From assembly GCA_963726195.1 (NCBI GenBank), contig CAVSBO010000003.1, positions 704,001 through 768,000 on the forward strand: DNA of 64,000 nt. Reading direction: 5' to 3'. A model generated the notes under the pieces. The model saw only the letters and a list, made by a program, of their open reading frames with translations. It ran no database searches and had not been told where the DNA came from. The translations under genes were made by a program, and so were the position numbers. This DNA is from Candidatus Thorarchaeota archaeon (GTDB taxonomy: Archaea > Asgardarchaeota > Thorarchaeia > Thorarchaeales > Thorarchaeaceae). Shown one piece after another: positions 58,323 to 64,000 of this stretch. Within the stretch, counting starts at the first letter, position 1. Each line of letters begins with the position of its first letter.

Positions 58323-60158
58323 CTATCCTACTTCTGTTCTCATTAGGACATATCCGCCAACGAGGATGACCACTGCGGCTCCGACAGCACCTGCGACAAT
58401 CGCCAATGTGATGTTCGGTCCGGCCTCAGGCGTTGTGGTAGTAGTCACAGTGTGTGGAACACCGTAGAAGTAATTCTTGTTGTAGGTTTGCTCAGTGAAC
58501 TCCCCTGCAACGAAGTTGGTCACATTGAAGGGCCCCGACGTTACCATCAAGTCAGTTGGTGGCTTGGGGTTCCAAGTGTTCCAGTTGGTGGTGAGTATCC
58601 CATTGCTGACGAAGTAGTGCTTCGGGATTATCGTTTGGTACCCACACGCATGCAAGTGCCAGTACGAGACTGTGGAGAACTCTACTACACACTGGTAGGT
58701 GGTCTTTGCATATGCTGCCGTCATGTCCTTGAGGACCGGTCCAAATGGATTGCCTGGTGCGTCTCGGTAGAAGTTGAGACTGAAGGCTACATCTTCTGCC
58801 GTTAGCGGCTGGCCATCAGACCATGTTGCGTTCTGAATCATGTTGAAGGTGATCCTCGTATGACCTGATGGCACAGAGGAATCGTCAGCATGTGTAGCAA
58901 CGGTCCATGTAGAGGCGAGCCATGGCAAATCAATGCCTTGGGAGTCTGTGGCAATCAACGAGTCATACATCTGGGCCAGAATGTTCCATGCGTAGGCTGA
59001 TGTGGTTGCCATTAGGTTGAAGGAGTCAATGTCCTGTGGAAGGCTCCAGATGAATGAACCACCAAAGGGTCCGCCTTGGGCAGCCTGCAAATGTACCTTG
59101 TAGTTTGTCCAGAAGCCGGGCACTCCGTGCATTGCATCGTTGACATATCCTTCGAACTTGTCAGTCCTGTAGGCTGACAACAGAGTGTTCTCGTAGAGGA
59201 TGATCTCAGGGCAGTTGTAAATGAAGATCTTCTGCATCTCTTGCGCCGCTTGGTACACTAGTGTGTAGTTCGTTGAGTGCAAGAGCTGCTCTCTCCACGA
59301 ATCGTAGGTCGAGTTGGCCCAGCATGGTTCGTTCTGGAACGGCTCGTTAACGTAGCCAGACCAGAAGTTGTAACCGAGCCAATCCACATCATAAGTGTAG
59401 AAGGATAGACCATGGAACAAGATGTCGTAGTCTTGGTGGTGTTCAGCTGCAATGTAGAACGTGTTGAAGTCGGCTGAGTTGAGAACTGCGTTTATGCACA
59501 GGGCCTTGAGGGTGTTGACAACTACTGTAGCAGTCGCAACGGCTATCGCGCTGGACCCAGAACACACCACAACGGGCTTAAACAAGGCGCCGTTGGGAGC
59601 CTCTCTCCATCCGTCAGCGTTAATATCATAGAAACCGGACTGGTTCAGAAGCTGATTGGCCAGTAGCATGTTCGACTCGTAGTAGGTGTAAGGCATTGAA
59701 CCCTCGACTGAGTATGGGTTGACTGCTGGCACACATGAGTCGAGTGGCTGTGACAGACCTGCCCACACCGTATCCGAGATCTCATTCTTGTCCACTGCGA
59801 AGGCGATCGCCCGTCTGAGGCCAGTGATGGTGAACGGGTACTTGTCACACTTCATGGTGATGAAACCGTAGCCATTTCTCGGCACGTTAACGACGTGGAT
59901 GTTGTCTGCCGCCTGTAAAGACGCCAGGAATTGCGGATCGACCATCTCACCGATTAGGTCGATCCCACTGTTTAACAGCGAGAGGACTTCTTGGTCACCG
60001 CCGACAATCACCTTGAAGACGATTTTGTCAACATACGGGCCGGTCTTTGCACCGCCGGGCACCGTTGCTGCCGATCCCATTATGGGAGATATCGCCATCA
60101 AGACGAAAGACAGGGCAAGGGTGATACCAAGTACCCTCTTCGCGCGACTAGTGAGCAT
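58323..60158 (-). CDS. oppA: Oligopeptide ABC transporter substrate-binding protein (family 5) with a C-terminal TM anchor
   Basis: GPYVDKIVF, LRRAIAFAVD, WSDGQPLTAEDVAFS and SGPF motifs; Thr linker plus TM helix; the usual lobe order appears permuted. Confidence 0.88.
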   Translation of the reverse strand: MLTSRAKRVLGITLALSFVLMAISPIMGSAATVPGGAKTGPYVDKIVFKVIVGGDQEVLSLLNSGIDLIGEMVDPQFLASLQAADNIHVVNVPRNGYGFITMKCDKYPFTITGLRRAIAFAVDKNEISDTVWAGLSQPLDSCVPAVNPYSVEGSMPYTYYESNMLLANQLLNQSGFYDINADGWREAPNGALFKPVVVCSGSSAIAVATATVVVNTLKALCINAVLNSADFNTFYIAAEHHQDYDILFHGLSFYTYDVDWLGYNFWSGYVNEPFQNEPCWANSTYDSWREQLLHSTNYTLVYQAAQEMQKIFIYNCPEIILYENTLLSAYRTDKFEGYVNDAMHGVPGFWTNYKVHLQAAQGGPFGGSFIWSLPQDIDSFNLMATTSAYAWNILAQMYDSLIATDSQGIDLPWLASTWTVATHADDSSVPSGHTRITFNMIQNATWSDGQPLTAEDVAFSLNFYRDAPGNPFGPVLKDMTAAYAKTTYQCVVEFSTVSYWHLHACGYQTIIPKHYFVSNGILTTNWNTWNPKPPTDLMVTSGPFNVTNFVAGEFTEQTYNKNYFYGVPHTVTTTTTPEAGPNITLAIVAGAVGAAVVILVGGYVLMRTEVG

Positions 60159-60332
60159 TGATCTCTCTATCTCCTCCGAGTCTAAAGCGGTTAGGCTTCC
60201 TGTCCGGACAGCCGACATAAAAGCGTTATGTTGAACGCCGAACACATCTGGTATTAGTATCTCATCAGATGGTCCCGGCCTAAGAAATGAAGTCTCAGGT
60301 TTTCACGGTCTCCAAGCGGCGCTTATCCCATG

Positions 60333-61898
60333 TTACCTTACCCTGAGCCGCGGGTTCAAAACCTCGTCCAACGTGTGACCAACAAAAGTGAAAGACAGCG
60401 AAAGCAACGTTATCATGAGACCTGGGAAAATCACCACCCACCAAGCTCCGTTAGAGAATCCTCCTGAGTTCTGAGCATCGGCAAGCATTCTTCCCCAGCT
60501 AGGCACGTTGGGATCGGTGAGACCCAGAAATGATAGACCCGACTCAGAGAGAATTGCGCCCACAACCCCCAACGTGATATCCGCGAAGAGGAGAGGAGTT
60601 ACATTCGGGAGTATGTGCCTCCACATTATGTAAGTGTCGGATGCGCCAATAGCCCTCGCGGACTCGACGTAGGCCTTGTGCTTCTCGGCCATGACCTGGG
60701 ACCGTATCAACCGAGACGTCCCAGTCCAACCCAGTATGGAAATCACTATGATAATATTCCACTGACTCCTGCCAAGAAACGCTGCCAACACCATCATCAG
60801 CGGAAGGCCGGGAATTACCAAGAGGAAATCGACACATCTCATCAAGATCTCGTCGACTTTGCCGCCGAAATAGCCAGCAGACAGTCCAACTGCTACCCCC
60901 ATAATGGAAGATAATGCGGTGGCTGTCACGCCAATCGTAAGAGAGACCCTAGACCCAAAGACAAGCTGGCTCCAGGCGTCAGCGCCCTTGTCCGTCGTTC
61001 CCAGTAGACCGAAATACTGCCCGTAAGTAATCATGCTGAGCCTCCGGACGCTGAGGCTCACTGAGCCGTTTGTACCTTGATTCAGCTGCATGAAATTGGT
61101 GGGAGCAAGTCCAACTGCGATTGTTAGCCTATCCGAAGGGTCCTCATGGTTGATTATTCCCTGCCAACCGTCTAGTATTGCAAAGTAGTTGAGGTATGTT
61201 CTCCGCTGCTGATACACTGTGGAGTACGGAGGATAGGACTGGTACACTTCTCTCCAATTACCAGACGAATCAATGAGCCAGACGTAGACTTTGAACAGGG
61301 GGCCGCCGTTCTTGGTTGAAGCGAAGCCGCCAGTCATGTTGACCGGGTAATCTATTGTCATATTCACACTTGACGGGAGCCTGCTGTATGTCCACTCGAA
61401 GGTATAGCCAAAGTACACGAAGTCTAGGGAGTCGGGGAGATTGCCTGTTAGATCAAGAGGTGTACGGAAATGCAGAGTCTGGTTGGCGAGATGGGTCCAT
61501 TTCAAATCAATGTTGTTGAAGTCAGATCCGTCTTGCGATAAGTGTTGATTGTAAGAAAACTGAGCAGGTGATGTCCCATTCACAATGAAACTCGGCGGTA
61601 GCCCCAATTCCGGGTCTTGAACTACGTCATGTGTCACAACTCCTCCGGGGTCGAAGACCTGCATCCAACCGGGGGCAAGGAAGTTTCCGCCAACCCTGTC
61701 GTTTGGGGAAGGACTGTATTGGACAAAATAGGGGGCTCCGATTGCCATACCGATGAAAAAGGCTAACCCAAGAATGCCGAGCAGCCCTATATTATGATGG
61801 GAGCATTCCTTTAGAAAACTTGAGACGCTGATGTACCAACCAGTGTCGCGCCAGCCTTTCTTTGCTCTCTTTCTGTCTGCTAAGTAAGACACCTGCAA
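60333..61898 (-). CDS. oppC: Oligopeptide ABC permease OppC/DppC with a large extracellular insert
   Basis: LLGTTDKGAD...GSRVSL, YVESARAIGAS, HILPN and LNPRLR; ~220-aa insert after TM1. Confidence 0.9.
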   Translation of the reverse strand: MQVSYLADRKRAKKGWRDTGWYISVSSFLKECSHHNIGLLGILGLAFFIGMAIGAPYFVQYSPSPNDRVGGNFLAPGWMQVFDPGGVVTHDVVQDPELGLPPSFIVNGTSPAQFSYNQHLSQDGSDFNNIDLKWTHLANQTLHFRTPLDLTGNLPDSLDFVYFGYTFEWTYSRLPSSVNMTIDYPVNMTGGFASTKNGGPLFKVYVWLIDSSGNWREVYQSYPPYSTVYQQRRTYLNYFAILDGWQGIINHEDPSDRLTIAVGLAPTNFMQLNQGTNGSVSLSVRRLSMITYGQYFGLLGTTDKGADAWSQLVFGSRVSLTIGVTATALSSIMGVAVGLSAGYFGGKVDEILMRCVDFLLVIPGLPLMMVLAAFLGRSQWNIIIVISILGWTGTSRLIRSQVMAEKHKAYVESARAIGASDTYIMWRHILPNVTPLLFADITLGVVGAILSESGLSFLGLTDPNVPSWGRMLADAQNSGGFSNGAWWVVIFPGLMITLLSLSFTFVGHTLDEVLNPRLRVR

Positions 61899-62207
61899 CT
61901 AGTAAGGACATGAGGCAAGCATGAGTTAACTCACATATCCGATGTTCGTGTTTGACTGGACATACGGCACTGTGCTTCGGTTCGCGCAGTCGTGGCGCTT
62001 AATAACATTGCGAACAAAGTAACCTCTACCGCGCGTCAAGATGATGAAAGGATGCCCATACAAATCCTAGACGCAAACAACAAACCCCGAGTCTCTTCTT
62101 GGCAGAGTCTGATCACCTGAAGAGAAGCGTCACATAGGCTTGTGCATCTCACTGTCCCCAGCGACACTGCAATGCGGGAGCTTCAACCCCGCATTAGGCA
62201 TCGTGTT

Positions 62208-63269
62208 CTATCCGTACTTGATACGGGGATCGAGGACACCGTACAGCATGTCTGCCACAAAGTTCGCAAGAACGGCTGTTATGGCAATGATCATGAATAT
62301 GGCTTGCGACACTGGGTAGTCCATGGCGATAAGACTGGTGAAGATGTATCTGCCTAGTCCATACCAGTTGAATACTGTCTCTGTCATCGTCGCACCGTTG
62401 ATTAGAAAACCGAAAGTCATTGCGATTACAGTCACCATGGGCAACATGGCATTCTTCAGTCCGTGCTTGTACAGGACCTGGTTCTCATCAAGCCCTTTGG
62501 CGCGGGCAGTAAGAATGTAGTCTTCCGTCATCACATCAATGAGGTTGTTGCGCATGTAAAGGAAGTAACCGCCGTAACCTCCTACACCCAACGCTATCAT
62601 CGGCAAGAACAGATGTTGAAGTATGTTGCCGGCTACCATGAGCGCTCCGAATGGACTCTGTTGGGCGGCCACCCAAAGAGTGTAATCAATCGTGCCTCCG
62701 AGTGGGAAACCTATTGCGACACCGAATACAGCCCGCGTCAGGTTAGGCAACCAGAAGGAGAAAATCATCAACAACATGAGTCCGAACCAGAAGATCGGAA
62801 GAGCATAGAGAGCCAGCGCAACGGTCACTGCACCGACATCCTTCCTCGAGCCCGGATCAACAGCGACTTTCACACCAGTCCAAATGCCGAGGACAATCGC
62901 AACAATCGACGAGGTACCCATTAGGAGGAGCGTGTTTGGCAGACGTGCCATAATCTCGTCGACAACTGGTTGCTGGCTAACAAACGAGTAACCGAAGTTC
63001 CCGGTCAGCATACTGACTAAATATCTCCAGAACATGTAAATCCAGTCAAATATGTCCGGATTAGGAACAAGCCCAAACCTAGCATAAAGCTGCAGAAGCA
63101 ATTGACGCGACATGTTCCTACGCAACTGGTCATTAATCATCAAGTCTACAGGGCTCACGCCTAGCAGGAGTGTTGGAAGCCTGAAGAGGAAGAAGTTGAA
63201 ACAGACTACAGCTATGATAAGCAGGAACATGTAGAGGCTTCTTCTAATCACGTACTCACGAAGTCCCAT
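62208..63269 (-). CDS. oppB: Oligopeptide ABC permease OppB/DppB
   Basis: GNFGYSF, RLPNTLLL, EDYILTARAKGL, ETVFNWYGLG and LDPRI motifs. Confidence 0.93.
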   Translation of the reverse strand: MGLREYVIRRSLYMFLLIIAVVCFNFFLFRLPTLLLGVSPVDLMINDQLRRNMSRQLLLQLYARFGLVPNPDIFDWIYMFWRYLVSMLTGNFGYSFVSQQPVVDEIMARLPNTLLLMGTSSIVAIVLGIWTGVKVAVDPGSRKDVGAVTVALALYALPIFWFGLMLLMIFSFWLPNLTRAVFGVAIGFPLGGTIDYTLWVAAQQSPFGALMVAGNILQHLFLPMIALGVGGYGGYFLYMRNNLIDVMTEDYILTARAKGLDENQVLYKHGLKNAMLPMVTVIAMTFGFLINGATMTETVFNWYGLGRYIFTSLIAMDYPVSQAIFMIIAITAVLANFVADMLYGVLDPRIKYG

Positions 63270-63461
63270 TGTTGATACTCCTGTTGATGATATTGAACCA
63301 GTGCATATCGTTCCTAAGTACTCGGTTCAAGTTTGGAACCCACTCGCTCTCCTAATAAGCCTGATGATTCGAGAAGCCCTCCTCGGCGAGTGATGAGCCT
63401 GTTTGAACGTGAATCCGCGAAGAATCCGATTCAGCCAGACTCATCATCAAGACGATTCGTG

Positions 63462-64000
63462 CTACCTCTCTCTCAGTCGTGGGTTAAGTACTTGGTCAAG
63501 TGTATGCCCTATGAATGTAAATGCTAGTGAGAGCATAGTGATGCACAAACCTGGGAAGAAGACCACCCACCAGGCTCCCACGCTGAAGGCACCATTCGTC
63601 TGGGCATCAGCAAGCATGATCCCCCAAGATGGAATGGTCGGATCTGTGAGGCCCAAGAAAGCTAGCCCGGCTTCAGACAGGATTGCTCCAACGACTCCTA
63701 GTGTGATGGTTGCAAAGAGAATGGGAGTCACATTGGGCAAGACATGCCTGAATATGATGTACGTGTCCGAAGCACCAATTGCTCTTGCAGATTCTACGTA
63801 CGCCTTGTTCTTTTCTGCCATGACCTGTGACCTAATCAGACGTGCCGTGCCCGTCCAGCCCAGTATTGAAAGCACGAGTATTATGTTCAAGGCGGACCGC
63901 CCAAGAAAGGCAGCCAGAACCATCATCAACGGCAAGCCAGGAATCACCAGCAGAAAGTCCACTATTCGCATGAGCAGTTCATCCACCTTGCCGCCTGAAT
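63462..64000 (-). CDS. oppC: Second OppC/DppC permease (3' part; 5' end lies outside the window)
   Basis: YVESARAIGAS, HVLPN and LNPRLR; close paralog of 60333-61898. Confidence 0.9.
   Translation of the reverse strand, partial: SGGKVDELLMRIVDFLLVIPGLPLMMVLAAFLGRSALNIILVLSILGWTGTARLIRSQVMAEKNKAYVESARAIGASDTYIIFRHVLPNVTPILFATITLGVVGAILSEAGLAFLGLTDPTIPSWGIMLADAQTNGAFSVGAWWVVFFPGLCITMLSLAFTFIGHTLDQVLNPRLRER

Noticed and set aside
1-64000. CRISPR arrays, IS elements, integrases, rRNA and tRNA genes
   Set aside because: No regularly spaced repeats, transposase or integrase motifs, or rRNA/tRNA signatures were seen by eye. A tRNAscan-SE or Infernal run would be needed to exclude them fully.

Overview
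A gene-dense 64 kb archaeal chromosome segment. Its gene content points to an Asgard archaeon, most plausibly Thorarchaeia (inferred, not searched). The supporting genes are an archaeal histone, archaeal-type GluRS, ThiI and AlaX, an eS25-like ribosomal protein, and eukaryotic-signature proteins: a Vps22/Vps36 (ESCRT-II) domain fusion, a Snf7-like ESCRT-III, longin-domain proteins and a longin-Arf-like GTPase fusion. Metabolic genes suggest peptide and amino-acid fermentation: Opp ABC transporter, IlvE, three Glu/Leu/Phe/Val dehydrogenases with an Lrp regulator, a tungsten AOR with its ferredoxin subunit, and an M20 peptidase. About ten genes, including essential gltX, are broken by single-base indels, which suggests long-read assembly errors. 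Any frameshift or recoding claim therefore needs read-level checking. Main discoveries: (1) a tandem pair of DapA-aldolase/Fae fusions with reciprocal loss of catalytic residues, a candidate formaldehyde-channelling hetero-enzyme; (2) a candidate membrane-trafficking locus with an ESCRT-II fusion, Zn finger, longin-wHTH, longin-GTPase and CdvA-like coiled coil; (3) two structured RNA candidates either side of the DapA-Fae pair, one enclosing an 18-aa ORF; (4) a chlI/chlD-like gene split at an A8 run, with transmembrane helices before its VWA domain; (5) genes missed or truncated by the ORF track, namely a 56-aa short-alpha3 histone, an eS25 homolog with a probable ATT start, and a ferredoxin with an in-frame TGA. 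I found no rRNA, tRNA, CRISPR array or transposase.
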